From assembly GCA_963706575.1 (NCBI GenBank), contig CAVPNL010000006.1:288001-352000 (forward strand): a DNA stretch of 64,000 nt, in the 5' to 3' direction. The first letter of the stretch is position 1. Each line of letters opens with the position of its first letter. The translations under genes were made by a program, and so were the position numbers. Under the pieces are notes generated by a model. That model was not told where the DNA came from. It saw only the letters and a program-made list of their open reading frames with translations, and did no database searches. Shown here piece after piece: positions 27,221-38,465 of the stretch. This stretch comes from an uncultured delta proteobacterium. GTDB lineage: Bacteria; Desulfobacterota; Desulfobacteria; Desulfobacterales; JAHEIW01.

Positions 27221-28687
27221 CTAACGAGCGGAATCGGCGCTTGGAGAAATGGTTACATCAATGCGACGATTCATCGCGCGGCCCTTTTCAGTTGAATTCG
27301 AGGCCAGCGGACGCATGGATCCATATCCGACGGCAATGATTTTCTCATAAGGCAAAACGCCATTGGCAACCAGGTATTGACGAACCGCTTCTGCCCGCTG
27401 TTGGGACAGATGCTCGTTTAGCGGTTCCGGTCCGGTGCTGTCGGTATGGCCGCCGATAATGACATCAGGTTCTCCAAAGGCCCGAATGGCACGCTGGACT
27501 TTGCCGAGCAAAGCGTAATTATCCGGCATGATCACCGCTTGTCCCACTGGAAAGCGGATGGCTTTCAGCCGGATAATCAGCTGATTTTCTCTTTTATACA
27601 CTTCAGCTTCACTGGGATCAAAGTAACCTCTGACCTCGCTGAAAAGCTGGTTTAATTGATTTTCGGCCCTAAGCCGCTGCTGCTGCTGACGGCTCTGGCC
27701 TTCGAGCGAAGCGAGCTTGTGCTGCAGATCGGTGATTTCTAATTGCTGTGTTTTGATCTTGTTAGCTGTAAATTCATGGTCAGCCTGCTGAGCGGAAATT
27801 GTCGCCAGAATGCTTTTATTCTGCTGTTCAAATGATTGATCCCTCATATCCGGCGCCGTCAGGCGGCTGGATATGGTGTGCAGGATGGCCTCCATTTTCA
27901 ACGCAGTCTGTTCCGGTGTCATCTGCTGAATTTTGTTGGTCTCTGCGGCAATTTCCATATGGCGGCGCGCCAAAAACAAGGCTTCATTGGCTAGCATACC
28001 CATCTGCTCTTTTTGGTAAGGATTTTCAGTGATAAACGTATCGGCTTCTACTAATTTGTTTTCGGCAGCGGCATAGGATTCCGGAGCAATTTTATCTGAT
28101 TTTTGTTTTTCGGCCGCCCGCAGCAGATTGCGAACTTCACCGATGGTACGAATTTTAATCGCCCTTATTTCCAGCTGGCGAAATTGTTCAGTGACGGCGG
28201 CCTGGTTGCGTTGGGCGTACCCGAGGTTTTCTTTTTCAATCGCCCGGGAGAGGTCTAAAAACTCTTCTTCTACGGCCTGGTAATCTTTGCCGAGCGCGGC
28301 AGCACCGGCTTTACGGGCCAGTTCGCGGCCTTGGATGGCTTCAGCCAGCGAGACTTTGGACACCTCTGCTATTTTTTGGGCGCGGTCAAGCTCCGCCCGA
28401 CTGGTAGCAATTTCATCAAAGATTTTCGACAGTTCAGCACCTTCTTCCAGAAGTCTTTTGGCCTCATTGAGCGAAGACTCCGCTTTGGCAAACCAAGTGG
28501 GTGACAGTACATTTATGTTTTCGTTGCGTGCCATGGCGACATCGTTGTCCAGCTGGTTGATCAGCTGCTGAGGATGCTCTGTTTTTGAAATCGATTCAAC
28601 TTCCAGTTGTCGCCCCCCGCAGGCGGTGAACAAAACAAATATCGTGATAAACAACATGATTGCTGAAAATGAGGTCTTTTGATTCAT
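27221..28687 (-). CDS. OmpA-family lipoprotein with long helical N-terminal region
   Basis: Lipobox FTAC; GHTDSTG, LSQQRAEAV, GYG..RP, NRRID. Confidence 0.88.
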   Translation of the reverse strand: MNQKTSFSAIMLFITIFVLFTACGGRQLEVESISKTEHPQQLINQLDNDVAMARNENINVLSPTWFAKAESSLNEAKRLLEEGAELSKIFDEIATSRAELDRAQKIAEVSKVSLAEAIQGRELARKAGAAALGKDYQAVEEEFLDLSRAIEKENLGYAQRNQAAVTEQFRQLEIRAIKIRTIGEVRNLLRAAEKQKSDKIAPESYAAAENKLVEADTFITENPYQKEQMGMLANEALFLARRHMEIAAETNKIQQMTPEQTALKMEAILHTISSRLTAPDMRDQSFEQQNKSILATISAQQADHEFTANKIKTQQLEITDLQHKLASLEGQSRQQQQRLRAENQLNQLFSEVRGYFDPSEAEVYKRENQLIIRLKAIRFPVGQAVIMPDNYALLGKVQRAIRAFGEPDVIIGGHTDSTGPEPLNEHLSQQRAEAVRQYLVANGVLPYEKIIAVGYGSMRPLASNSTEKGRAMNRRIDVTISPSADSAR

Positions 28688-28957
28688 CTTCCTTAAGCCC
28701 TTTCTATTTCGTTTCATTAATTCGATCGGTGTTCCTACGCGGTGGACCATCTCTCTAAATACTTAGATTTATAATATTACTTTTACAAAATATTTCGCGC
28801 AACAGCAAGTTAAAATAATCTAAAATCGATCGCCGGCCGGCATTCATTTTTTTGAAAAACCCTGCCAGCCGGTGTTGTGCTTTGACCTCAAAGATATTAA
28901 GATGATATGTAGAACGCTAATTGAGCGATAGACGCCCAATTTTATAACGCAGCCGAT

Positions 28958-29698
28958 ATGAAAACAGTCCACATTAAAGATCTCCTCGCCTCACATGCCC
29001 ATGCGAATAATCGCTGTCTCTCCTGTGGCACCGATGAGAACATGGGCCGGCGGAAATACTGTTCAATCGAGTGCCGTCAAAAGCTGCGCTACAGCCTCAA
29101 CATGCGGACGGGCTTGCTAAGAGTCCTGAATACAAAGTTTGGGACCTTTTATTTTACAACATCGTTGCTTTTTTTGGACGTATTGCCTTATGGCTCGATG
29201 AGCCTGTTCAGCTTTCTTTTTCCGCGAACCCCCGGACGAAAACCGGTTGATGACTTCGTTACGATGGCCAATGTACTGGGCAATGCCTGGTGGGCTGAAA
29301 AGCGCCGGACCAACAAACGCTACATTGCCACACAGCATGTTCTGGAAAAAGCCCAAAACCGGAAGACCACTGCAAAATCCATTAAACCTTTCGAAATCGT
29401 AAAACCGGCTCGTACGGCCAAGTCGCTGACGTTTTTAAAGTTGGGCCGTTCGGACCTGGATTCACCCCAGCTGCAGCGGATCATAAAAAGCGCCTACCGG
29501 CAGCAGGCCAAGGTTCACCATCCGGATCATAGCGGCGACGCTGCGGCTTTTCGCAAAGTTCAACAGGCCTACGAGCAGCTGATGGATTGGGCTGAAAACC
29601 CGACATTTACCCGGCGACGCGGCTTTCCGGATAAATGGTTTTATGAAGGCGCCACCAACCGCTGGATCCAGCCGGCACCTATCAAAATAACCTCCTAG
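28958..29698 (+). CDS. DnaJ (J-domain) protein with N-terminal Cys4 Zn-finger-like motif
   Basis: CLSC...YCSIEC; IKSAYR..AKVHHPD..GD...F..V..AY. Confidence 0.8.
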   Translation: MKTVHIKDLLASHAHANNRCLSCGTDENMGRRKYCSIECRQKLRYSLNMRTGLLRVLNTKFGTFYFTTSLLFLDVLPYGSMSLFSFLFPRTPGRKPVDDFVTMANVLGNAWWAEKRRTNKRYIATQHVLEKAQNRKTTAKSIKPFEIVKPARTAKSLTFLKLGRSDLDSPQLQRIIKSAYRQQAKVHHPDHSGDAAAFRKVQQAYEQLMDWAENPTFTRRRGFPDKWFYEGATNRWIQPAPIKITS

Positions 29699-29699
29699 T

Positions 29700-29844
29700 A
29701 AAACTTGTTTTAAAAGCGCATATTTTTCCCGATGGCTGCGTTATTATTCTCTTCAAAATGCTCACGTACTATCGTGTACGCTCCGCTTTTGAAGCGAATA
29801 AAGCCTTGCCCTCAGAAAAAATCTACACTTTTAAAACAAGTTTT
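29700..29844. mobile_element. ~146-bp MITE-like structured element, copy 2
   Basis: 17-bp TIR AAAACTTGTTTTAAAAG/CTTTTAAAACAAGTTTT; core CTCACGTAC-tatcgt-GTACGCT...GCCTTGCCCTCAG. Confidence 0.7.
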
Positions 29845-29912
29845 GGTTTAAATTATTTTAAAAACAAAATTGTTTTGTTAACCGGCTCAACGGGTAAAAC
29901 CGGCCAACGGGT

Positions 29913-31019
29913 TTAACCGATTGCGGCGGCGACCATGGCCTGAACGTTTTCCAGTTTGGCATTGGCTGGAATATCGCAGCCGGATTGCAGAATAAAACCC
30001 AGCGGGCCGAGCTCCCGGATCAGGCGGGAGCAGTATTGGTAAACATCGTCCGGTTGGCTTAAAAACAGCATGGATGCCGGTACATCTCCCATGATGCACA
30101 TATGATTGTCCAGGGTCTTTTTGGCCCGGAAAATATCGGTTTCTCCATCCAGAGCCATGATACATTTACCCGGGGGAAGTTCTTTGAAACGCTCCAGTTC
30201 ACGGGTCCAATCCGAATCCAGGTGCAGCAATGCGATCAGGCCGGCATCAATTACCTCAAGGACCATTTTGCGAAAGTAAGGCCACACAAATCGATTCCAC
30301 ATAGGCGGTGATAACAAACATGGCGCCGAGCGCCAGCCCCCGACCCATACCAGTGGATAACCCAGATCTTTTGCGCGCCGGACGGCCTTACCTGCCAGGT
30401 GCGGCAGAATCGTTTCCATGACCGCTTCGACTTTATGCGGGATTTCGAGCAGATCCATTGCAAATTCCATCAAGGACCGGGCCCCGCACAGAAGCTCGAT
30501 GGGTGTTGTGATGTCTCCGCCGCTGAGCACGGGGATGCCTTGGGTTCGCCATTCAGCGCGGATATCAACGGATTTGCGCAGCGGCGGCAAATATTCGGGC
30601 GGCACATCGTTGAGGATGCGCTCATGTGTCATTTTTTTGAAAAAGTCCGGCCATCCAAGGTCCAGGATGCGGTCATAGTCATTGCGGTCCATCAGCTCCG
30701 TTTCGACCACCTGCCACATCTCATTTTCCGGCAAATCCACACCCGGCACGCGGACCTTGGCCATAAAGTCGTAGCAAAGCGCATATGGCCAAAAAGAACC
30801 ATAGTTCATCGCATCACCTTCACCGACCATGTGAAAGGCCTGAATCATGGTGTCAACATTGGTTCTGGGTGATCTTAGATACGCCGCCATGGGTGTTTGA
30901 GTGACATAGGCGGCAAATCCGGAATACTCCAGAACAACCGGTGTGCGGTCCGGCACCTCGAGAGCTACGGCTTTTAAGATTCTTGTTAACCGCTGGTTAT
31001 ATAGATCCTCAGTACTCAT
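29913..31019 (-). CDS. Uroporphyrinogen decarboxylase superfamily protein (possibly a corrinoid methyltransferase, MT2-like)
   Basis: PDRTPV, LHLD, CIMGDVP, GFILQSGCDIP..AK.ENV.AM. Confidence 0.8.
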   Translation of the reverse strand: MSTEDLYNQRLTRILKAVALEVPDRTPVVLEYSGFAAYVTQTPMAAYLRSPRTNVDTMIQAFHMVGEGDAMNYGSFWPYALCYDFMAKVRVPGVDLPENEMWQVVETELMDRNDYDRILDLGWPDFFKKMTHERILNDVPPEYLPPLRKSVDIRAEWRTQGIPVLSGGDITTPIELLCGARSLMEFAMDLLEIPHKVEAVMETILPHLAGKAVRRAKDLGYPLVWVGGWRSAPCLLSPPMWNRFVWPYFRKMVLEVIDAGLIALLHLDSDWTRELERFKELPPGKCIMALDGETDIFRAKKTLDNHMCIMGDVPASMLFLSQPDDVYQYCSRLIRELGPLGFILQSGCDIPANAKLENVQAMVAAAIG

Positions 31020-31064
31020 GCGAACTCTGCGTCTCTGCGGTGAAAAACTAAAATGGCAGCAAAG

Positions 31065-32738
31065 CTACCGTTGGAAGACGGCGCCTCGATCCGCACTGGA
31101 AACCAGCTGGGCATAGCGGGCCAGGTAACCGCTTTTGATTTTGGGCTCAAATTCCGGCAGTTCGGCGATCCTGTTCCGGATCTCTTCGGCGGTGAGCTGA
31201 ACGTTGAGCGTTTTATTGGGGATATCAATTTCGATGATATCGCCTTCGCGCAGCGCTGCGATGGGGCCTCCGGCGGCGGCTTCCGGCGAAACATGCCCGA
31301 TGGCTGCTCCACGGCTGGCTCCGGAAAAGCGGCCGTCGGTGATCAGGGCCACCTTCTTATCCATGCCCATGCCGGCCAGGGCCGAAGTCGGCGACAGCAT
31401 TTCACGCATTCCGGGTCCGCCCTTGGGCCCTTCGTAACGAACGACAATCACATCGCCTTTTTTGATCCGGTCGCTCATGATAGCCTCGAACACATCTTCT
31501 TCGGAATTGAAAATCCGGGCCGGTCCTGAATGGGTGAGCATTTCTTCAGATACGGCGGCCTGCTTCACAATAGCGCCATCGGGCGCCAGGTTGCCGGTCA
31601 GGATGGCCAGTCCGCCGGTGGCGTGAACCGGCTTTTCAATTGAACGAATAACCCCATAATCCTTCACACCGGCGTTGATTTCGGCCAGCATGTCCCCGAG
31701 TGATTTCCCGTAGACCGTCGGCGGTTCCGTTTTGATGAGTTTGGCTTTTTGCAGTTCGGCCAAAATGGCGGGAATCCCGCCGGCATAAAAAAGATCCACA
31801 ACGTGATGGGGACCTGCGGGAGCGATCGAGGTCAGGTGGGGAACTTTAGCGGTAAACGGGTCAAGATCCCTGAGGGTTAAATCCAGCCCGGCATAGTACG
31901 CCAGGGCCGGAATGTGCAAGGCCGTGTTGGTCGATCCCCCCAGCGCCATATCGGCCGCAATGGCATTGTGAAAGGCGTCTTTCGTCATAATATCCCGCGG
32001 TTTCAGGTCTTTTTCTACCAGGCCTACGATTTTATAGCCGCTTTCTTTGGCCAGCCATATGCGCTCAGAAAAAACAGCAGGGGCGCTGCCATTAAACGGC
32101 AGGGACATGCCCAGCGCTTCAGACAGGTTATTCATGGTGTTGGCCGTAAACATCCCCGAACACGAACCGGCGCCGGGACAGGCGGCGCATTCGAATGTAT
32201 CCAGTTCTTCGCGGGAGATTTTTCCGCTCTTGAAGCGGCCGACAGCCTCAAAAACCTTATCCAGTCCCGTATCTTTTCCATAAACTTTGCCCGGCAACAT
32301 CGGACCTCCGGACAGAAAAATAGAGGGAATGTTGAGTCGGGCAGCCGCAATCAGCATCCCCGGAATAATTTTGTCACAGGATGCCAGCAGAACCAGGCCG
32401 TCAAAGGGATGGGCAACTGCCATGGTTTCAACGGTATCGGCAATGAGCTCCCTGCTGGGGAGTGAATATTTCATGCCTTCATGGTTCATGGCGATTCCGT
32501 CGCAGATGCCGATGGTATTGAAAACCAGCGGGGTGCCACCGGCAGCATAAACACCGGCTTTGACGGCATCGACCAGTTTGTCCAGATGCATGTGCCCCGG
32601 TATGATTTCATTAAACGAATTGGCAATACCGATGATCGGACGGTTCAGCTCCCAGTCCGTGAAGCCATCTGCTCTTAACAGCGAGCGATGCGGTGCTCTT
32701 TCAGGCCCCTTGGTCATTAAATCGCTTCGTTTCGTCAT
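31065..32738 (-). CDS. ilvD: Dihydroxy-acid dehydratase
   Basis: [49 protein letters not shown]. Confidence 0.97.
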   Translation of the reverse strand: MTKRSDLMTKGPERAPHRSLLRADGFTDWELNRPIIGIANSFNEIIPGHMHLDKLVDAVKAGVYAAGGTPLVFNTIGICDGIAMNHEGMKYSLPSRELIADTVETMAVAHPFDGLVLLASCDKIIPGMLIAAARLNIPSIFLSGGPMLPGKVYGKDTGLDKVFEAVGRFKSGKISREELDTFECAACPGAGSCSGMFTANTMNNLSEALGMSLPFNGSAPAVFSERIWLAKESGYKIVGLVEKDLKPRDIMTKDAFHNAIAADMALGGSTNTALHIPALAYYAGLDLTLRDLDPFTAKVPHLTSIAPAGPHHVVDLFYAGGIPAILAELQKAKLIKTEPPTVYGKSLGDMLAEINAGVKDYGVIRSIEKPVHATGGLAILTGNLAPDGAIVKQAAVSEEMLTHSGPARIFNSEEDVFEAIMSDRIKKGDVIVVRYEGPKGGPGMREMLSPTSALAGMGMDKKVALITDGRFSGASRGAAIGHVSPEAAAGGPIAALREGDIIEIDIPNKTLNVQLTAEEIRNRIAELPEFEPKIKSGYLARYAQLVSSADRGAVFQR

Positions 32739-32755
32739 TTTAATTCTTCCTTGTG

Positions 32756-33154
32756 TTAAGGTTCGGATAGTTCAATCGTTATCCCGTTTAAGGCGCTGGG
32801 TTTGGTCAGGGCAATCTTTTTGCCGCGCAAGCCAATTCTTGGCTTTTGATCCAGCATTTCAATTCCGCGCTGCTTAAGGGCTTTAACATCGTCTTCGATA
32901 TTGTCCGTCAGCAGGCAGAAATGATGAATGGCGTCTCCTTTTTCTTTGATAAACCGGGCCATCATTCCATCTTCACTTGAATCCTGGATAAACTCCAGGC
33001 TAATTCCGCCCAATTCGACAACAGCGCATTTTATCTTGTTTTCCGGAAACTCTTTCATGGCAGGAGATTGAAAATCTACAATTTTAGATAATGCTTTCAA
33101 ACTTACATCGATATCTTTTACGGCAATTCCGAGATGGCCGACCGCTTTTATCAT
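32756..33154 (-). CDS. VOC family protein (methylmalonyl-CoA epimerase-like)
   Basis: [22 protein letters not shown]. Confidence 0.85.
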   Translation of the reverse strand: MIKAVGHLGIAVKDIDVSLKALSKIVDFQSPAMKEFPENKIKCAVVELGGISLEFIQDSSEDGMMARFIKEKGDAIHHFCLLTDNIEDDVKALKQRGIEMLDQKPRIGLRGKKIALTKPSALNGITIELSEP

Positions 33155-33175
33155 GTCAATTCTCCTTTAGACGGC

Positions 33176-34138
33176 TTATTTTTCACCAACAGGCTTCAGC
33201 AGTTTTTCCACAAATACCGGCACGGGGATAAGCTTCTGGGACAGCATGATTTCTTCGGTTTGTCTCCAGGCGGCCGGATCAATTTTCCCGAATTCAAAAT
33301 CCGGTGTCGGCATCATCAGGATGCGGGTTGCCGGCAGTTGCTGGCGTACAATTTCCTCGGGCGTTTCTTTGTTGTATTTTAAAACGGTATCAATCGCTTT
33401 TTGTTCATTAGCGGGCTTCAGGACTTCCCGCCAGCCTTGCAGCAGTGCCCGGGTGAAATTTTTAACCGTTTCGGGGCGTTCCTCAAGCATTTTGCGGGTG
33501 GTGACCACCGAGTTGGCAACAAAGCGGATGCCCATTTTGCTGGGATCCATCAGGTCAAAGCGTTCTCCGGCTTTTTGCAGCTTGGCACCGATAATAGGGG
33601 CCTGGGCATTGCGATAAAGGGGCCAGAGATCGACTTTACCCTGGTAAAAAGGGGTATAATCGTAGCGCACACTGAAAAGATTCACCTCGCTTTCTCGGAT
33701 ATCATATTTTGCCAGCAGCGCACGCATGATGGTCTCATCATTCCCTCCGTGGGTGATGCCGATGGTTTTGCCTTTCAGGTCCTGCGGTGTTTTGAGCGGT
33801 GTTTTATCCGGTCGATAAATCCAGTGCAGGGGATTGATCTGAAAAAGCTGGGCGATGACAACAATCGGAGCTCCCTTGGAAACCGCTCGAATCACCTGAT
33901 CGGCGGATGCCACCCCAAACTGAGCGTGGCCTAATTCCAGTTCTTTGATGGCATCTTTTTCAGGGCCGCCCGGTTTGACGGTTACCTTAAGGCCATTTTT
34001 AGCAAATAACCCGCTGTCATGGGCATAAAGATCCCCGACCACACTAATATTAAAAAGCCACTTGAGGCGGTAGCTCACTTCTTCCAGAGGTTTTTCGTCA
34101 TCCCGGGCACACCCCGCCAGAACTAGGGTAAGAATCAT
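33176..34138 (-). CDS. NMT1/THI5-like ABC substrate-binding lipoprotein (5' end possibly frameshifted from ATG 34182)
   Basis: Lipobox LAGC; LKW, GL.V....GG, P.DLKGK.IG. Confidence 0.85.
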   Translation of the reverse strand: MILTLVLAGCARDDEKPLEEVSYRLKWLFNISVVGDLYAHDSGLFAKNGLKVTVKPGGPEKDAIKELELGHAQFGVASADQVIRAVSKGAPIVVIAQLFQINPLHWIYRPDKTPLKTPQDLKGKTIGITHGGNDETIMRALLAKYDIRESEVNLFSVRYDYTPFYQGKVDLWPLYRNAQAPIIGAKLQKAGERFDLMDPSKMGIRFVANSVVTTRKMLEERPETVKNFTRALLQGWREVLKPANEQKAIDTVLKYNKETPEEIVRQQLPATRILMMPTPDFEFGKIDPAAWRQTEEIMLSQKLIPVPVFVEKLLKPVGEK

Positions 34139-34266
34139 CGCGATCCCAGCAAACCGATTTTTTGAAGAAGTTTTCGCTGCATGAATTACCCCCTTAGGTT
34201 GTTCCAGCCAAAACCAAATCCTACGCTACTTTTTTCATTCCGGCATGGCTGGCGGAATAAAAGTTC

Positions 34267-34388
34267 AAGTGACTAAAGTGAACTAAAGTTGGGAGTGCCT
34301 AAAGTTTGGAAGCGCCTCTGCGCCATCAATTTTAAAATTGACAGAATACCAAACTTTAGCACTCAACTTTAGTCACTTTAGTCACTTT
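34267..34388 (+). repeat. AAAGTGNCT periodic inverted-repeat element
   Basis: aagtgactaaagtgaactaaagttgggagtgcctaaagt...gacagaatacc...actttagtcactttagtcacttt. Confidence 0.8.
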
Positions 34389-34430
34389 TAGCCAGGCCCG
34401 TTGTATCCGAGCCGGGTTTAATCATAGGCG

Positions 34431-35120
34431 TTAAATACTGCCGAATCGTTTCTTAATAAACCATCCGATCCATTCAAGAAAAACCAGGTATATAGACGTG
34501 CATATACCGATTAAAAAAAGCGCCACCAGTATTTTCGCCAGATCACTTTGATAAAGGGCGATACGAATACTGTATCCGATACCGGCATTGGCTGCAATAA
34601 ATTCTGCCACAATCGTGCCCACCATGGCCAGAGTGGCGCTTCCGACAATAACCGTAATCAGTTTGTGGATATTTTCAAATGCCCGGATTTTGACCTGCAG
34701 ACGCCAGTTCATCCTGAGGGTGGATTCAAAGAAGTGCTCGATTTCCTTGACAGGCTCGGACAATATGCCGATGAAAGAGAGCAGTAAAGGAAAATAGCAG
34801 ATCATCGCCGCAATGAGCAGCCGTGAGGAAAGTCCGTCCCCCAGCAATATAAATATGATCGGTGCCACGGCCACAATCGGGTAGGCTTGAATATTATAAG
34901 CTGCCACCCGGATAAACGAACCGATCCAGATGGTCAGTCGGCCGATAATTCCCACTACAGTTGCCATACAGATGGACAACAGATGGCCCAGGATCGCCAC
35001 ACACAGGGTATTGAGCACTGCCAGCAGGTATAATCCGAAATAGCGACGACAGGTGGTCCAGATTTCTGTAACACCGGGTATGGTGTAATCAGACAGGTTG
35101 AGGCTATATTTCACCAGCAT
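34431..35120 (-). CDS. ABC transporter permease (SsuC/TauC-like; 5' end possibly frameshifted from ATG 35181)
   Basis: QAYPIVAVAP, IVAEFIA..GIGY; multiple TM segments. Confidence 0.85.
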   Translation of the reverse strand: MLVKYSLNLSDYTIPGVTEIWTTCRRYFGLYLLAVLNTLCVAILGHLLSICMATVVGIIGRLTIWIGSFIRVAAYNIQAYPIVAVAPIIFILLGDGLSSRLLIAAMICYFPLLLSFIGILSEPVKEIEHFFESTLRMNWRLQVKIRAFENIHKLITVIVGSATLAMVGTIVAEFIAANAGIGYSIRIALYQSDLAKILVALFLIGICTSIYLVFLEWIGWFIKKRFGSI

Positions 35121-35170
35121 CAGGGCGCCTAAGGCCGATGAAATAGATTATCAAAAATTGATAAACACGC

Positions 35171-35863
35171 CTATGAAGCATTGACGATTTCCAGCATACT
35201 TTGTTCAAGATCCTTTTCTTTCAATACCCGCTGGTCATTAAAATTCTGACCTTGAAGCGACACGGCCTGCGGGGCCTTATAGAGGCTGCGCAACACAAGG
35301 ATCTGTTTGCAAAATTTTGAAACCTCAACCACATTATGGGAGATATACAGGAAACAGCGTTCGGGAAACAGGGATTTGATTTTTAAAATTATTTTTTCTT
35401 TAGTGATTTCATCTACGTTGGCCAGGCTTTCATCCATAATCAGTAAATCAAAGTCCTGTAGCAGGTAGCGGGCTAAATTGGTCCGGTTCTGCTGACCCAG
35501 GGAGAGTTGGGCGAAGCGTGAGTCCAAACAGGGCTGAAGCCCAAATGAATCCACCAGATCTTCCAGACGCTTTAAGTTCGATTGGGGCGTGATCGATTCC
35601 AGGTGCTCACGAATACAGCACCAACCCGGAAGTCTTTCGAGATTATAGGTGTAGAGGACCTGATGGATGTGATGCAGATTAATTTCACCGGCAAAGCCTC
35701 TGATATCGCCGGCAATCATTTTTGCCAGGGTCGTCTTGCCGACCCCCGAAGGTCCGAAGAGGGCGTGGAAGCCCGGTTCGGTCACCTGACAGTTCAGCTG
35801 TCGGAATACATCGCCGACGGATCCTGGATACTTGTAATTTAATTCCTTTAGTTCGAGTCGCAT
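35171..35863 (-). CDS. ABC transporter ATP-binding protein
   Basis: GPSGVGKT, LSLGQ, LIMDE, ISHN. Confidence 0.9.
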   Translation of the reverse strand: MRLELKELNYKYPGSVGDVFRQLNCQVTEPGFHALFGPSGVGKTTLAKMIAGDIRGFAGEINLHHIHQVLYTYNLERLPGWCCIREHLESITPQSNLKRLEDLVDSFGLQPCLDSRFAQLSLGQQNRTNLARYLLQDFDLLIMDESLANVDEITKEKIILKIKSLFPERCFLYISHNVVEVSKFCKQILVLRSLYKAPQAVSLQGQNFNDQRVLKEKDLEQSMLEIVNAS

Positions 35864-35990
35864 CTGTTTTCGTCAAATCGGATCTGCTTCGTTTTACAGG
35901 CGTTTAGCCAGATCCTTTTGGGTTTTCTGAAATTTATTCGCCATCGCCGCTGATTTCCCGGTTGTGATTGCATTGAGGGGGCGGGGAAAT

Positions 35991-37178
35991 TCATATTTGA
36001 ATTAAAGTCTGTTCGGTTCGGGTCAGTCTTTTTAAACCATTTGATGTTACCAGGTAGTCATCTTCCAGCCCCACTACCCCTTTTTGCGGAAAGACAAATT
36101 TAGGCTCCAGCGCCAAAACCATGTCTTTTTCTAAAACGGCATCAAAATGCGGTGAAATGACGGGATACTCATCGATTTCCAGGCCAATTCCATGGCCGAT
36201 GAATTTAACCTGCCCCTCGCCGTATCCCATAAAAAAATCCCCCAGGCCTTCTTCGTTGGCCTTTGCCACCGCCGCAGCATATAGCTCGGCGCATGAAACT
36301 CCCGCATGGGCTTTATCAGTTAAAAGGGAAAGAATATCCCGGGCGCAGGCGTACGCCTTTTTCAAAGGGTCAGAAAGATCGCCGATGACATAGGTTCTAA
36401 ATTGATCGCCGACATAACCATTAATCGCCACGCCGTAGTCAATACCGATGGGTTCATTTTTCTTTATCCTGCGAAAACCGGCACCCTGGGCCATGGCCGG
36501 CGTGTTGCCGGTGCCGCCTTGGGGACTGTTTAACAGTGAGACAGCAGAACCGCTGTCACCGGACAGCACATGCGCGTAGGTCATTTCCTGGTTCCAGCCT
36601 CGCATTCGCAAGGTGCCCATATGCCCTTCGCGGCGGGCGATCATGGCCAGATGGCCGTCGATTTCCAGTTCGGTTATCCCTTCGCGAATTACGCTTTTGA
36701 TTTGGGTTAATCCGGTGTGCAAAATAGCAGTGGCTTTTTCAATCTGTTCAATTTCATATTCCGACTTCAGCATGCGCAGTTTGCGGATGATGCCGGATAC
36801 ATCTGTCCAGCGGCATTGCGAAAGGGTTCGCTGAAACCAGAGGTAAAGATTGGCCGGCAGGACATCCATTTCGAGTCCGGCCGTCGCTATTTGATCAAAT
36901 TTAAAATCATTGAGAACCTGAGGAATTCGATTTTTGTTTTTAACCGCAATAACCTGGTTTAACGAAGATTCAAGCTGTGCGCGTTCGTGGTTCTTTTGCA
37001 CCATCAGGATGGGATCGCCATTGGCAGGCACGAACAAGACGGCGGTTTGAATGGTACCGGTAAAGTAGAATAGATCTGCGTTCTGCAGAATAAAGGCGCC
37101 ATCCAGTTTGGCGACAGCCAGCTCGGCCTGGAACCTGCTGATGCGCTTATCGATTTCCTCTTTTGGTACGGTTTCCAT
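35991..37178 (-). CDS. M24 Xaa-Pro peptidase family protein
   Basis: IDYG..GYVGD, GHGIGLEIDE, LEPK, GLED. Confidence 0.9.
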   Translation of the reverse strand: METVPKEEIDKRISRFQAELAVAKLDGAFILQNADLFYFTGTIQTAVLFVPANGDPILMVQKNHERAQLESSLNQVIAVKNKNRIPQVLNDFKFDQIATAGLEMDVLPANLYLWFQRTLSQCRWTDVSGIIRKLRMLKSEYEIEQIEKATAILHTGLTQIKSVIREGITELEIDGHLAMIARREGHMGTLRMRGWNQEMTYAHVLSGDSGSAVSLLNSPQGGTGNTPAMAQGAGFRRIKKNEPIGIDYGVAINGYVGDQFRTYVIGDLSDPLKKAYACARDILSLLTDKAHAGVSCAELYAAAVAKANEEGLGDFFMGYGEGQVKFIGHGIGLEIDEYPVISPHFDAVLEKDMVLALEPKFVFPQKGVVGLEDDYLVTSNGLKRLTRTEQTLIQI

Positions 37179-37208
37179 TCTTTACACTGCCAGTAATTTC
37201 AAACCATT

Positions 37209-38042
37209 CTATTTCTTCTTTAAATAAAAATACAGGCCAATTCCACCGGCGATCATGATCGCACAAAGTATCTGTCCCATGGAAAATGAGGATAAAACAA
37301 AACCCAGATGCGCATCGGGCTCCCGGAAGTATTCGATGAAAAACCGGACCGTTCCGTAGCCGATAATATATAAAGCCAGCATGGCGCCTTGCGGCACACT
37401 CTTTTTGCGGATACACCATAGAATGACAAAAAGAAAAACCCCCTCGAAGACGGCCTCATAGAGCTGGGATGGATGCCGCAGCGCTTTTTCTGGTGCCTGT
37501 GGAAAATACATACCGATCGGTGAGGTGGTTGCTCGGCCGAATAATTCTCCGTTTATAAAATTTCCGATCCGCCCGAAGGTATAGCCCAGCGGCACCACCG
37601 GCACATATAAATCCATCACTTCCCAGTAGTTAATTTTGGCTTTGCGGACATACCAGGAGACGGCCAGTAATATCCCGATAAGGCCACCATGGTATGACAT
37701 GCCCGAGATGCCGGTAAAGGTAAAGCCGTTTGAAAACGAAAAGGGGAGAAAAATTTCGAGCGGATGGCGCAGGTAATAGGATAAATTGTAGAACAATACA
37801 TAGCCGAGCCGTGCGCCGATAATAAGGCCCACAATGGCATAGGTGGTTAAATCATTAATCTGATTTTTCGAGAACCCAAACCGCTTTTCGTGTTTGATGC
37901 GATAGAGCACCAGAAAATAGGTGAAGGCAAAAGCGACGATATACATCAGCCCGTAATACTGTAGCCTGAACCAGCCGATTTCAAATATAACCGGGCTAAT
38001 GTGTTGCGGTATATGCTGCCACCAGTCCCAGAACGCACTCAT
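37209..38042 (-). CDS. lgt: Prolipoprotein diacylglyceryl transferase
   Basis: YYGLMY, GARLGY, GMSYHGG, GRIGNFINGELFGR, RHPSQLYE, EYFREPD. Confidence 0.97.
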   Translation of the reverse strand: MSAFWDWWQHIPQHISPVIFEIGWFRLQYYGLMYIVAFAFTYFLVLYRIKHEKRFGFSKNQINDLTTYAIVGLIIGARLGYVLFYNLSYYLRHPLEIFLPFSFSNGFTFTGISGMSYHGGLIGILLAVSWYVRKAKINYWEVMDLYVPVVPLGYTFGRIGNFINGELFGRATTSPIGMYFPQAPEKALRHPSQLYEAVFEGVFLFVILWCIRKKSVPQGAMLALYIIGYGTVRFFIEYFREPDAHLGFVLSSFSMGQILCAIMIAGGIGLYFYLKKK

Positions 38043-38129
38043 AAAAACTTTCCTCCCACTCCTTTCAATAAGGTCGGTCAATCATAGGGTATTCTGTTTT
38101 TTATGTCAAAGAGAGGTAGTGTCTCCACC

Positions 38130-38289
38130 AAATGAGCTAAAATTTAAAATGATCTAAAATGCCTAAAATTATAGTTTCGCTCGCACAGCGCAAACGCTTG
38201 CTCCTCGTGGCGCTTCATCTTTTATCATAAAAATGATAGAATACCTAAACTTTAGGCATTTTAGCTCATTTTAGTCATTTTAGGCACTT
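38130..38289 (+). repeat. AAAATGNCT periodic inverted-repeat element
   Basis: aaatgagctaaaatttaaaatgatctaaaatgcctaaa...gatagaatacc...tttaggcattttagctcattttagtcattttaggcactt. Confidence 0.8.
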
Positions 38290-38465
38290 CTGATTTTAGG
38301 GCCCTCGGGATCTGTCTTAGAAGATGAACTACTAATTATGAGACAGCGTGCAGATGGCAGCCGTTAATTTTTAGTTGATATATTTTGCCAGTATGGAATA
38401 CTAGTGTTGTGTCCCAGAAATATTGTCTAAATATTATTAAGAAGTACCGAGGCGTGTTACCCATC

